Part shown: positions 9,996-19,819 of the stretch, piece by piece
How positions within the stretch are numbered: the stretch's first letter is position 1
Layout of the letters: each line of letters opens with the position of its first letter
Source of the DNA: Gemmatimonadota bacterium
GTDB lineage: Bacteria; Gemmatimonadota; Gemmatimonadetes; Palauibacterales; Palauibacteraceae
NCBI GenBank assembly: GCA_965116475.1
Contig: OZ220691.1
Coordinates: forward strand, 2,016,001-2,080,000
Reading direction: 5' to 3'
DNA length: 64,000 nucleotides
The notes under the pieces: generated by a model
What the model was told of the DNA's origin: nothing
Seen by the model: the letters and a program-made list of their open reading frames with translations, nothing else
Database searches by the model: none
Program-made: the position numbers and the translations under genes

Positions 9996-11048
9996 TCAGT
10001 ACGTCCAGATCGCGACCAGGTTGCAGTCGGTGAGGAGCATGGTGTTCGGCACCTGGTTCATGATCTCCGGGGGCGCCTCGCTGCACCTGTACGCTTCGAT
10101 GCCCCGAACGGTGTCGAACTTCAGTTCGCCCAGGTTTCTCCGAGTGAATCCCAGGCGGCTGGCCGGCCGACCGTTGAGGAGGATGAGCTGGTTCCGGCGG
10201 TATCGGATGGAGAGTTCCCGCTTGAACTGGAACACCTGCCCCAGATGGATGAACTGGTCGATTTCCGGATGGGTCGCGAAGTAGCCTTCGTCGATGGACT
10301 GGCGGCGTTCGTAGAACCCGGACGTGAGCAGGAACGGGTCGCGGCCGGTCACCCTCACCTCGATCGGCGCGAGCGCGATCGCCTGCGTGTTGAGTTCGAC
10401 GCGGAATTCGGCGCGCTGGTCCGTGAGGATGTTGATCTCGGTCTCGAGGGGCGCGTAGCCGATATGCGCGACGCGCAGGCCGTAGGTGAGCGGCGGCATG
10501 GAGCGGAACGCCACGCGTCCGAGCGTATCCGTGACCCCGGAGACCGGTAGCGGGGAGAAGTCGATCCGCGCGCCGGCCACCGGTCGCCCGTCTGCGGCAT
10601 CCACCACGGAGAGGACAACGAACGCCGCGTCCCCCATGTCCACCTCGAGGTCGACGAACTGCGACCGGTCGAGGTCGACCTTGCGCTCCTTCCCGCGCCG
10701 GGACCGATAGTTCGGGCGCACCCGGATCTCCCGGAACGCTTCGAGGCCGCAGGCCTGGTATCGCCCTCGCTCGTCCGCTTCGACCCGCACGTCCTCCGGC
10801 GTCGGCAGCCCCCGTTCGGCCTCGTAGCGGATCAGGACCGTCGCCCCCGGCAGAGGGACCTGGCTCTCATCGTCCCGGATCGTGCCCTCGATGCCGACCT
10901 CGAGTTCCGCCTGCCCGAGTTGCCGGCAGATGCGGAGGACCCGTTCCTCTTCCTCCTCCTGCCCCGCGGCCGGGGAGGGCGCGAGCGCGACCGCCGCCAG
11001 CGCGAGGCGCGGCCCGGCACCACGGAGGAGTGGCCCGCTACGGTTCAT
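9996..11048 (-). CDS. Secreted CarboxypepD_reg/plug-like protein
   Basis: Signal peptide MNRSGPLL...AAG; two Ig-like domains; GFYER; RGIEAYRC...CNLVAIWT. Start overlaps the upstream stop. Confidence 0.7.
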   Translation of the reverse strand: MNRSGPLLRGAGPRLALAAVALAPSPAAGQEEEEERVLRICRQLGQAELEVGIEGTIRDDESQVPLPGATVLIRYEAERGLPTPEDVRVEADERGRYQACGLEAFREIRVRPNYRSRRGKERKVDLDRSQFVDLEVDMGDAAFVVLSVVDAADGRPVAGARIDFSPLPVSGVTDTLGRVAFRSMPPLTYGLRVAHIGYAPLETEINILTDQRAEFRVELNTQAIALAPIEVRVTGRDPFLLTSGFYERRQSIDEGYFATHPEIDQFIHLGQVFQFKRELSIRYRRNQLILLNGRPASRLGFTRRNLGELKFDTVRGIEAYRCSEAPPEIMNQVPNTMLLTDCNLVAIWTY

Positions 11049-12205
11049 CCGCCGGCCTCGAGCAGCGCCTTGAGGAGCCCGTTTCCGGCCTCGCCCAGGC
11101 TGGTGGCGCCGCTGTTGTAGTTGCGGCCGAGCGCCACGCCATAGCCGCTCTCGGGTTCGAACACGAGGTACATGTTGTACCCGGCCACGGAACCGCCGTG
11201 GCCGACGAACCGCACGGTGCCGCCGCCCTCGAGCGCGACCGGGCGGATCGAGAACCCGAGTCCGTACCCCGAGTCCGGATCCTCGGGCGTCTGGACCGCC
11301 ATGACCTCCCGCCGCGTCGCCGGCTCCAGGAGTTCGTGTTCGGTCATGCCCATGACCGCGGCCGCGAACGTTGCGAGATCCCCGACGGTCGCGTAGACGC
11401 CCCCGTTCGGCACCTTGTAGCCGCGCCCCTCGTGCTCGAGCGCGGGAAAGTCGGCGTTCACGGCGCCGTCGCCTCCGTTCGCGAAGCCCACCGCGACCCG
11501 CCGCCACAGCTCGGGGCCGACGATGAAGGTCGAGGAGCGCATCCCCAGCGGCTCGAACAGGCGGTCCTCGACCAAGTCCATGAAGGACGTCCCGGCGGCC
11601 CGCTGCAGGGCGTACCCGAGCACCCCGTACCCGATGTTGGAGTACTGGTACTGTGTGCCGGGCATCGTGTAGAACCGGGTGTGGGGGATCGAGGCGAGGA
11701 TCTTGTATCCCCAGTCCTCGATCGGCCCCGCCGCGGCGCCGAGGAGTTCGGGCTCCCGGATGAGGCCGGCGGTGTGGCTGGCCAGCTGCCGCAACGTGAT
11801 CGGCTCCATGCCGGTCGGCGGGTCCGCGAAGCCGGCGGCCTCGGGCAGGTGGTCCACGACGGCGTCATCGAGCCCGACCGTCGCCTCTTCTACCAGGTCG
11901 GCCATCAGGATCGCGGTGATCGACTTCGAGATCGATCCGGTCCGGTAGATCGTCCGCACCCCCGCGGGCACGCGGTTCGGCGGGTCGGCCCAGCCGAACC
12001 CCTGCGCCCACAGCACCTGGTCTCCCTTGAACACCGCCGCCGTGATCCCGCCGATGCCGTCCGCCTCGACGTCTGCCGCGATCTGCCGCGAGAACGCGTC
12101 GATGGCGTCCGCGTCCTGCCCCGCCGCGGCGGACGGAAGGACGAGGACCGTGACGAGGGCCGTGAGAAGGAAGACGGTCGTCGCGGAGTGAAGGCGTGGC
12201 GCCAT
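11045..12205 (-). CDS. Serine hydrolase, beta-lactamase/AmpC family (secreted)
   Basis: SxxK (GSISK), YSN, LASHTAG and GHGG motifs; SD AAGGAG; signal peptide. Confidence 0.9.
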   Translation of the reverse strand: MAPRLHSATTVFLLTALVTVLVLPSAAAGQDADAIDAFSRQIAADVEADGIGGITAAVFKGDQVLWAQGFGWADPPNRVPAGVRTIYRTGSISKSITAILMADLVEEATVGLDDAVVDHLPEAAGFADPPTGMEPITLRQLASHTAGLIREPELLGAAAGPIEDWGYKILASIPHTRFYTMPGTQYQYSNIGYGVLGYALQRAAGTSFMDLVEDRLFEPLGMRSSTFIVGPELWRRVAVGFANGGDGAVNADFPALEHEGRGYKVPNGGVYATVGDLATFAAAVMGMTEHELLEPATRREVMAVQTPEDPDSGYGLGFSIRPVALEGGGTVRFVGHGGSVAGYNMYLVFEPESGYGVALGRNYNSGATSLGEAGNGLLKALLEAGG

Positions 12206-12342
12206 GACGTTCTCCTTGCGTGGCCTGCGGGCGGCCGAAACCCCCCGCCGGGCATCGAATCCAATGCAAGGTCGCAGCTTCACGCCCGCATTGGAAGCCT
12301 TCAGGCTGGCGGGTCGAGCCCGACTCGCCTAGTGTGGCGCGC

Positions 12343-12633
12343 ATGTCACTTCTGAAGAAACTGATCTTCCGGATGGATGGGGCCGCCGACAGCGCCCGAA
12401 CCCGGTTCCAGAGCGAGTCGGGGGCCACCTGGGAAGCCGAGTTCTCGATCTTCTCGGGCACCACGCAGCAGTCGCCCCGGCTGCTCGTGATGTTCCGCAA
12501 CCAGGACGACATCACCATTCCCCAGCGCTACAACCAGGCGCCGCCGGGCGTCTCCAAGGTGCCGAAGGAGGCCGTGGCCGAGGTGGATGAGGCGGGACTC
12601 CGCGAACTGCTCGCGCGCTCGGTGAAGGTATGA
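12343..12633 (+). CDS. Hypothetical small protein
   Basis: GC-typical codon usage; ATGA overlap with next gene. Confidence 0.65.
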   Translation: MSLLKKLIFRMDGAADSARTRFQSESGATWEAEFSIFSGTTQQSPRLLVMFRNQDDITIPQRYNQAPPGVSKVPKEAVAEVDEAGLRELLARSVKV

Positions 12634-12896
12634 GCGGCGCGAAGGTGGATCCGAAGAAGGCGCTCTCCCGCACCTTCCTCGACGGAGGGATGGTTCGCTG
12701 GGAAGCCTACGTCTCGGGTGGGCAGCCGAATACGCCGCAGGCAGCCCGCATCTACTTCGTGTGCCTGGAGAACCCCTTCGAGCCGCCGCGCTGGCTGTCG
12801 CACGAGAGCCGCAGCGTGGCCGAGGCGACGCGCGCCCTCGCCGGCATGAGCGACGCGGACCTGCTCGGACTCCATACCCGGTCCACGCCTCTGTAG
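12630..12896 (+). CDS. Hypothetical small protein (remote paralog of preceding gene)
   Basis: Translational coupling; shares the RT.F...WEA...F...R...A.L..L..RS pattern with 12343-12633. Confidence 0.65.
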   Translation: MSGAKVDPKKALSRTFLDGGMVRWEAYVSGGQPNTPQAARIYFVCLENPFEPPRWLSHESRSVAEATRALAGMSDADLLGLHTRSTPL

Positions 12897-12920
12897 CGAC
12901 CCTCCGGGAGCGACCCGGCG

Positions 12921-13364
12921 CTAGTTCACGGTGACGACGTCGTAGAGCCGCTCGCCGGGGTTTCCGTCCACGCCTTCGTAGCGGTGCTCCACGAGAATCG
13001 ACCAGGACCCGGGCTCCACGTTGTAGATGTTCGCCACGTACGAGAGGGTTGAAGGCGTCAGACTGTTGCAGCCCTGCCGGCCCGACACGATGGTGACGAC
13101 CAGTTCCAGTCCTCCGTCGACCTCCCGCAGATCGGGGGACAGGTAATCGCACCGCAGCCGGCCCACGATCTGGCCCGAGACGCGCATGGACCCGGGCCCC
13201 CCGGCGGCGCGCGCGAACTCGGGCAGGGCGGATCCCTCGCTGACCACCGACGTGAGCATGTTCCCCACGGTTGGGGAGACGCCGACCCCCAGATTCAGGC
13301 AGCCGGACAATCCGGAGAGGATGCAGATGACGCCGACTGCACGGCGCGCTTGCCGGTTTCCCAC
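12921..13364 (-). CDS. Hypothetical lipoprotein (start uncertain)
   Basis: Basic N-terminus, hydrophobic stretch and LSGC lipobox; beta-rich body with a Cys pair. Confidence 0.55.
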   Translation of the reverse strand: MGNRQARRAVGVICILSGLSGCLNLGVGVSPTVGNMLTSVVSEGSALPEFARAAGGPGSMRVSGQIVGRLRCDYLSPDLREVDGGLELVVTIVSGRQGCNSLTPSTLSYVANIYNVEPGSWSILVEHRYEGVDGNPGERLYDVVTVN

Positions 13365-13558
13365 GTTTTGCAAGACGAGACTCCGCGGCCGAAGAACCCT
13401 CGAAAGTGTGACAGCGTCCGGGAGTGTCCCGCAATAGCGTCGCGCGTCGTGTGTGCGATACGCGCTTGCGTTACCTTCCCCGCGTGGCCTGGCGACGTCG
13501 TGGCGGAGACCGCGGGATGCGAACACATCGACGAACACATAGAGAGGATCGTTCGGAG

Positions 13559-14767
13559 GTGCCGGCTCGGAAAAGGACCGTTCACCGGGCCGCATCCTGT
13601 GCGCTGGCGGCGGCCGCCGCCCTGACGTCGGCCGGATCCGGCTCCCGCCTGGCCGCGCAGAGCCCGTCCCCCACGCCACCCCGGAACTTCGTGACGTGTC
13701 CGGCGGAGATGGATCGCGCCCTCACCGGTCTCGCCGGCATCGTCCGCGATACACTGCAGGGCATCCTCATCCCGGGGGCTACTGTCTCCGCGACCTGGAC
13801 CGAAGACGAGGGACAGGAGCACACCGTCTCGGTGGAGGCGGACAGCGAGGGGGTCTACGTCCTCTGCGGCCTTCCTCCCCGGGAAGATCTCACGGTGAGC
13901 GCAAGGTTCCCGTCCTTCCGCACGGAGCCGATGCGGGTGAGCATCGAACCGGGCCCCCCCGCCGGGTGGGACATCCTCGTGGGCGTGGAGGCGGGTGCGC
14001 TCGCCAGCCTGCTCACGGTGCCGGGCCGAATCCTGGGCCAGGTGCTCGACCGTAGTTCCGGCCGTCCGGTCGAAGCGGCGAACGTCATCCTCTCGGATAC
14101 GCTGCTGGCGGAGGACCGGCAGCGAATGACCGATGGCAGCGGCCGCTTCATGTTCACCGACCTCAGCCCGGGGATGTACCGCGTGACGGTGGACCACATC
14201 ACCTTCGATCCCCTCGACCAGTTGGTGGACCTCCCGAGCGACCGGACCGTGCAGGTGGATTTCGAACTCAGCGCGGACCCGATCGAACTCGCGCCGATCG
14301 TCGTCACCGCGGTGCGGGAGAAGCGGCTGGAGTTGCAGGGATTCTACGACCGGCGCGAACTGGGCGAGGCGATCGGCGCCGGCGTGTTCCTGACCCGGGA
14401 CGACATCGAGGACGCCGGCGCGATCCGGGTCACGCACTACCTGGGACGGATTCCGGGCGTGCGCACCGAGTGCACCGGAGGCGCGAACAACAACTGCACC
14501 ATCCGCATGACGCGGGGCGCGCCCAGCCTGAGCAGGCGCGCCGAGTACGGGTGCCGGAACGCGAACGTCTACCTGGACGGCGTGCGCGTGATCCGCGACG
14601 GCGGGGGCGGCGAATCGATCGACAACTTCGTCACGCCGGCCGAGATCGCCGGGATCGAGGTCTATCGGGGCGCGAGCGAGTTGCCGGCCGAGTTCGGCGG
14701 GGCCGTCGGGCGCTGCGGGGCCATCGTCATCTGGACGGGCCCGGGGATACGGCGGCGTTCGCGCTAG
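13559..14767 (+). CDS. Secreted CarboxypepD_reg x2 + TBDR plug-like domain, no beta-barrel
   Basis: Signal peptide; GFYDRRE.G...G.FLTRDDIE; IPGVR; VYLDG; IAGIEVYRGASELPAEFGG...CGAIVIWT, then stop. Confidence 0.78.
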   Translation: MPARKRTVHRAASCALAAAAALTSAGSGSRLAAQSPSPTPPRNFVTCPAEMDRALTGLAGIVRDTLQGILIPGATVSATWTEDEGQEHTVSVEADSEGVYVLCGLPPREDLTVSARFPSFRTEPMRVSIEPGPPAGWDILVGVEAGALASLLTVPGRILGQVLDRSSGRPVEAANVILSDTLLAEDRQRMTDGSGRFMFTDLSPGMYRVTVDHITFDPLDQLVDLPSDRTVQVDFELSADPIELAPIVVTAVREKRLELQGFYDRRELGEAIGAGVFLTRDDIEDAGAIRVTHYLGRIPGVRTECTGGANNNCTIRMTRGAPSLSRRAEYGCRNANVYLDGVRVIRDGGGGESIDNFVTPAEIAGIEVYRGASELPAEFGGAVGRCGAIVIWTGPGIRRRSR

Positions 14768-14783
14768 GACGGGCTGCCAGCTG

Positions 14784-15884
14784 CTAGGACGGGGCCGCGG
14801 CGAACGCATGCAGCGCCGTGGCCTTCGCGCGCACCGCGACGCGCACTCCGGGGTCGACGCCGAGTTCGTCCGCGGCGTCGAGCGTGACGAGGGCCACGAG
14901 TTCGACGGGACCGCGAAGCCGCAGCCGCACGAGCCCGCCCATGTCGCGCCGTTCCTCCACGGTCGCCACGAACAGGTTGCGCGTGCTGAGGTCCGCCGGG
15001 GGGACGTCCGGCGGTCCGAGGACGAGGTCTTCCGGCCGGTAGGCGATCTTCACGGGCGTTCCCGCCGCCGCCTCGCCCAGGGCCACGAGCGAGACGCCGC
15101 CGATGTCGACGGTCACCATGCGCTCCTGCGCCCGCGTCACGACGCCGGAGATCGTGAACTCCGCTCCCGTGACGCGCGCCGTGTAGACGTCGGCGGGATT
15201 CTCGTAGATCTCCTTCGGCGTACCCGTCTGGACCAGCTTCCCGTCGCGGATCACGGCGACCCGGTCCGCGAGGTGGAAGGCCTCGCCCCGGTCGTGCGTG
15301 ATGAGAAAGACGCTCGTCGCCCGCTCCCGGGCCACACGCTCCAGGTCGTGGCGGAGGTCGAGCCGCGAATCGGTGTCGAGATTCGCCGTCGGCTCGTCGA
15401 GGAAGAGGATGTCGGGGTCGAGGACCAGCGCCCGCGCGAGCGCCACGCGCTGCGCCTCTCCTCCGGACAACCGCGATATCGGCGCCCCCAGCAGGTGCGA
15501 GATCGCGAGTTGCTCGCACACGGCGCGCGAACGGGCGCGGGACTCGGCGCGGGGCACGCCGCGCAGGGACAGGCCGAGCCCGACGTTGTACTCGACCGAA
15601 TCGCTCCAGAAGTGAGGGCGTTGGAACACGACGGCGGACGCGGCCCTCAGCGCTCGCTCCGCCGGCCGCCCCGCCCCGCCGCGGAAGGCGACCTCTCCGG
15701 CATCAGGTTTCTCCAGCATGGCGAGCAGGCGCAGCAACGTGGATTTGCCGGCTCCGTTCGGCCCGAACACGGCGAGCATCTCGCCCTCCCGCAGTTCGAT
15801 GCGGTCCACCTCGACGGCCGTCCTGCCGCCGTAGACGCGGCGCAGGCCGATGCCGCCGAGCAGGGGTCCGGTGGCGGCGTTCAC
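14784..15884 (-). CDS. tupC: Tungstate ABC transporter ATP-binding subunit with TOBE domains
   Basis: GPNGAGKST, LSGGE, DEPT; C-terminal TOBE (STRN...KAT); operon context. Confidence 0.85.
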   Translation of the reverse strand: MNAATGPLLGGIGLRRVYGGRTAVEVDRIELREGEMLAVFGPNGAGKSTLLRLLAMLEKPDAGEVAFRGGAGRPAERALRAASAVVFQRPHFWSDSVEYNVGLGLSLRGVPRAESRARSRAVCEQLAISHLLGAPISRLSGGEAQRVALARALVLDPDILFLDEPTANLDTDSRLDLRHDLERVARERATSVFLITHDRGEAFHLADRVAVIRDGKLVQTGTPKEIYENPADVYTARVTGAEFTISGVVTRAQERMVTVDIGGVSLVALGEAAAGTPVKIAYRPEDLVLGPPDVPPADLSTRNLFVATVEERRDMGGLVRLRLRGPVELVALVTLDAADELGVDPGVRVAVRAKATALHAFAAAPS

Positions 15885-16579
15885 GCTGCGTGCCGGCCGC
15901 GCATCGTGCGCCGGCCGAGCAGGAGGAGCACCGCGTTCACGCAGAGTGCGATGAGCATGAGCACGATCCCCATGGCGATCGCGACGTCGAAGTTGCCGCG
16001 CCGCGTCTCCAGCACGATCGCGGTCGTCATCACCCGCGTTTCTCCGAGGATGTTGCCCCCCACCATCATCACCGCGCCCACCTCGCTGATGATCGCCCCG
16101 AACCCCGCCGCCACCGCCGCCACGAGCGACGTCCGCACCTCCCTCAACTGGAGGACGATCGCCTGCCGCCGGCTCGCGCCGAGCGCCCGCGCCTGAAGCG
16201 CGATGTCCGGGGGGATGTTCTCCACCGCGGCGAGGCTCACCGCGGCGATGTACGGACCCGCGAGGATCGCCTGCGCGCCGATCATGGCCGCCGGCGTGTA
16301 GAGCATTTGCAGGTCGCCGAGCGGGCCCGCCCGCGACAGGACGAGGAAGACCCCGAGGCCGACCACGACGGGAGGGAAGGCGAGACCGGCGTTGATCACC
16401 GCGACCAGCGGCAGGCGAAGCCGGAACCGCGTCAGCCCGACCGCGATCCCGATGGGGAGTCCGATGACCATGGCCAGGAGGAGCGCCGATCCGCTGATCT
16501 GCAGAGAGCGGAGGATGACGTTCCAGACGTACAGGTCACCCGAAGTAATGAGCCGGAGAGCCTCGAGCAGCGGATCCAC
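15881..16579 (-). CDS. tupB: Tungstate ABC transporter permease
   Basis: PPVVVGL, SRAGPLG, ISEVGAVMMVGGNI, TTAIVLETRRG. Confidence 0.9.
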   Translation of the reverse strand: MDPLLEALRLITSGDLYVWNVILRSLQISGSALLLAMVIGLPIGIAVGLTRFRLRLPLVAVINAGLAFPPVVVGLGVFLVLSRAGPLGDLQMLYTPAAMIGAQAILAGPYIAAVSLAAVENIPPDIALQARALGASRRQAIVLQLREVRTSLVAAVAAGFGAIISEVGAVMMVGGNILGETRVMTTAIVLETRRGNFDVAIAMGIVLMLIALCVNAVLLLLGRRTMRGRHAA

Positions 16580-16588
16580 GAGCCGAAT

Positions 16589-17443
16589 CTAGTGCTCCGC
16601 ATCGTCGCGCGGCCACGGCGCGAAGAGGGCCTCGGCGCCGCCGCGCACCCGGAATTCTCCGATGGCGCGGCGCCCGTTTCCGGAGCGCAGCCAGTCCGCG
16701 AACACCGCGGCGCGTTCCGGCCGTAGCGCGGCGCGCGGCGCCAGCAGCGAGTAGATGTTGCGCAGCGACGGATGACCCTCGACGAGTGCGTCCAGCTCGA
16801 GCACCTCCGACAGCAGCGCGAACGTCGCACCGTCCGTGAGGACATAGGCGCCGCGTTCGCTGGCCACGTGCAGCGTCGTGGCCTGTCCCTGCCCGGATTC
16901 CACGTACCATGCGCCCCCGGCGGCCGCGCCCGCCTCCCCCGCCTCGCCCGCCTCGCGCCAGAGGGCGATCTCCCGGTAGTGCGTGCCCGAGCTGTCGCCG
17001 CGCGAGACGAAACCGTGCGTCCCCCGCGCAAGGGTCGCGAACGCATCGGAGGGGGACGCGGCCCCGCGAATTCCCGCCGGATCCGAGGGCGGACCGGCGA
17101 TCACGTAGCCGTTGACGAGGACGGGATTTCGCTCTGGCGCGTGACCCGCCTCGACGAAGCGAGCTTCGGCTTCGGGCGCGTGCACGAGCAGGAGGTCCAC
17201 GTCACCCGTGCGGCCGAGCGCCAGCGCTTCACCGCTCCCGGCGATGACCGTGCGCACCCGGAGCCCGGGATGGTCTTCGTTGAAGCGGGCGATCAGGTGT
17301 TCGAGCAGGCCGGAGTCGTAGGTGGACGTCGTGGCGCCGAGTACGAACGTGTCCGCGGCGGTCCCGCACGCCCCGGCGCCGACCCCGCCGCCGAGGACAA
17401 AGAGGACAAAGAGGAGGCGGAGTGCTAGCCGTGGCGTATCCAC
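16589..17443 (-). CDS. tupA: Tungstate ABC transporter substrate-binding lipoprotein
   Basis: ATTSTYDSGLL, GSGEAL, VHAP, SRGDSSGTH motifs; lipobox AGAC; start approximate. Confidence 0.88.
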   Translation of the reverse strand: MDTPRLALRLLFVLFVLGGGVGAGACGTAADTFVLGATTSTYDSGLLEHLIARFNEDHPGLRVRTVIAGSGEALALGRTGDVDLLLVHAPEAEARFVEAGHAPERNPVLVNGYVIAGPPSDPAGIRGAASPSDAFATLARGTHGFVSRGDSSGTHYREIALWREAGEAGEAGAAAGGAWYVESGQGQATTLHVASERGAYVLTDGATFALLSEVLELDALVEGHPSLRNIYSLLAPRAALRPERAAVFADWLRSGNGRRAIGEFRVRGGAEALFAPWPRDDAEH

Positions 17444-18765
17444 CGCAGCACCTGCGGCAGGTTGGCGCGCTGGCCCTTCATCAGAATCCCGACCCGGAAG
17501 ATGCGGCCCGCGACCCACGCCGCCCCGAGGACGAAGACTCCGAGCAGAACCAGCGACACGAGCCACTGCCACACCGGCACCGATGTGGCGAACAGGCGCG
17601 CCGGCATCACCAGCGGACTGAAGAACGGCACGAGGGAGAGGATGACGCCCCAGCCGGCGTTCGGGCTCTGGATCACGCCCTGCGTCGCGATGAAGGGGAG
17701 GATGATCAGCATGGTGATCGGGAGCATGACCTGCTGGGCGTCGTGCTCGTTGCTGATCGTCGCCCCGGCCCCGGCGAACATGCCCGCGTAGAGCAGATAG
17801 CCGAGGATGAGGAAGAAGAACATCAGCACGAGCGTGCCCCACGGCACCGGGATGCTCGCGAGGTCGATCCCCGCCTCCGCCAGCGTGGATGCCCCGGCGG
17901 TGAGGCCGTACACGGCCGCGAGCGCGAACACCAGGGCCCACACGGCCATCTGCGCGATCCCCACCGCCCCGACGCCCACGATCTTGCCCAGCATCAGCTC
18001 CCACGGGCGCAGGGAGGAGACCATGATCTCGACGATGTCGGACTGCTTCTCCTCGAGGATCGCCCGCACGATCATCTGCCCGTAGATGAGCAGGATGAAG
18101 TAGAAGAAGAACGCGATCCCCAGGCTCAGCATCCGGTAGAGATCCTGGGACCGCGCCTCCCCTGACTCCGTGACGTTGATGACGTTGAACGAGGTCCGCT
18201 GGAGCAGGGCGCCGGGGTCGATGCTCTGCACACCCACCGAGCGCAGGCGCGCCCGCACCGATGCTCTCTGAAGGGCGCCCCGAACCGAGCCCTCGATGAC
18301 CGAGGGCACGCTGGCCCGCGCGAGCAGCGTCGTCCGCTCGTCGTCCCCCGCGGACTCTTGCTCCGTCGCTTCCTCCGTCCCCGCCTCCGGCATCTCCGCG
18401 GAGCGACGGCCCGCGCTCCTCGGGATCATCAGCAACAGGTCGTACGAGGATTCGGAGAGCCGCGTCCGCGCCTCGTCGATCGAAAGCTCCTCCATGTCCC
18501 CGGCCCGCACGGCGTCCAGCGAGTCCGCGAGGAATTCTTCGACGAGGAGGTCGCCAATGAGCCCGGCGGGATCGGCGACCCCGATGACCCGGCGCTCCTC
18601 GCCCGTATCCGTGGCCGATCTCACGGCGAGGAAGGCGGAGAGGGCGCCGAGGCCGACGATCAGCACGGGGAGGCCCAGCGTGGAGAGAAGGAACCACTTG
18701 GATTTCACGCGCAGGACGAACTCCCGGCGAATCACGGCCGCGACCCTGGGCGTGAACGGGTTCAT
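17425..18765 (-). CDS. ABC-2 type exporter permease (NatB-like)
   Basis: RREF...VK, EEKQSDIVEIMVSS, LMLGKIVG, PFFSPLVMP. Confidence 0.88.
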   Translation of the reverse strand: MNPFTPRVAAVIRREFVLRVKSKWFLLSTLGLPVLIVGLGALSAFLAVRSATDTGEERRVIGVADPAGLIGDLLVEEFLADSLDAVRAGDMEELSIDEARTRLSESSYDLLLMIPRSAGRRSAEMPEAGTEEATEQESAGDDERTTLLARASVPSVIEGSVRGALQRASVRARLRSVGVQSIDPGALLQRTSFNVINVTESGEARSQDLYRMLSLGIAFFFYFILLIYGQMIVRAILEEKQSDIVEIMVSSLRPWELMLGKIVGVGAVGIAQMAVWALVFALAAVYGLTAGASTLAEAGIDLASIPVPWGTLVLMFFFLILGYLLYAGMFAGAGATISNEHDAQQVMLPITMLIILPFIATQGVIQSPNAGWGVILSLVPFFSPLVMPARLFATSVPVWQWLVSLVLLGVFVLGAAWVAGRIFRVGILMKGQRANLPQVLRWIRHG

Positions 18766-19724
18766 GCGGCCGCCTCGTCGTCTTCGCTCTCGTCCTCGTG
18801 CGAGAGTCCGGCCTCCGTTGCCTTCTCGATGAAGATCTGGCGCAGCGAAGGTTCGATGAGTTCGAAGCGCGAGATCAGGGCGCCGCTGTCCACCGCCCGC
18901 CGCAGCAGCGCCTGGGGATCGGCCCCGTCCAGCATGCGGACCTCCACGTAGGTGCCGTGCGCGGAGATGTCCTCGATGAGGTCCGGTGCATCGAGGAACG
19001 TGGGGTTCCCCTCGAAGGAGAGCGCGATGTCGCGCCGCCCCGCCGCGGCCTTGATGTCGCGGACCCGGCCATCGAGCACCTTGGTCGCCCCCGCGATCAT
19101 GCACACGCGCTCGCACAGGCGCTCGGCGTCCTCGATGAGGTGCGTCGAGAGCAGGATCGTGGCTCCGGCCCGCTGGCGTTCCTGCAGGAGTTCCTTGAAC
19201 AGTTCGACGTTCAGCGGGTCGAGGCCGCTGAAGGGCTCGTCGAGCACCAGCAGGTCGGGCTGGTGAAGGATGACCCCGAGGAACTGGGCCTTCTGGGCCA
19301 TCCCCTTCGAGAACGTCTCCACCTTGTCGTCCGCCCGGTCGCCGAGACCCACCGCATCCAGCCCGTCCCGCGCCCGCGCGAGCGCCTCCTTGCGCTTCAA
19401 GCCTTTCAGCTGGCCGAAGAACGCGAGGTGGTCCGCGGCCGTCATCTTCTGGTACAGGCCGCGCTCCTCCGGCAGGTACCCGATGCGTTGCCGCATGGCT
19501 TCGACGTTGGGGGAACCGAAGACATCCACGGAGCCGGTGTCGGGCCCGATGATGTCGAGGATGATCCGAAGCGTCGTGGTCTTTCCGGCGCCGTTCGGGC
19601 CGATGAGCCCGTAGATCGAGCCGCGCGGAATCTCAAGATCCAGATCGCGGACCGCCGTCTTCCGGTCGAAGCGCTTGGTGACGCCGCGCAGGCGTATGGC
19701 CGGTGTGTTCACGAGGCCGATCAT
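18762..19724 (-). CDS. ABC-2 exporter ATP-binding subunit (NatA-like)
   Basis: GPNGAGKTT, GYLPEERGLY, FSKGMAQK, DEPFSGLDP, EPSLRQIF. Confidence 0.9.
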   Translation of the reverse strand: MIGLVNTPAIRLRGVTKRFDRKTAVRDLDLEIPRGSIYGLIGPNGAGKTTTLRIILDIIGPDTGSVDVFGSPNVEAMRQRIGYLPEERGLYQKMTAADHLAFFGQLKGLKRKEALARARDGLDAVGLGDRADDKVETFSKGMAQKAQFLGVILHQPDLLVLDEPFSGLDPLNVELFKELLQERQRAGATILLSTHLIEDAERLCERVCMIAGATKVLDGRVRDIKAAAGRRDIALSFEGNPTFLDAPDLIEDISAHGTYVEVRMLDGADPQALLRRAVDSGALISRFELIEPSLRQIFIEKATEAGLSHEDESEDDEAAA

Positions 19725-19819
19725 ACCGACTGCCGGCACCCGTCGCCACGCAGCCGCCCCGTCGATATATTGAGGATTCCCCTCGTTCTGCCGAATCCAA
19801 CCCTCCATGGGGAGGTTAG

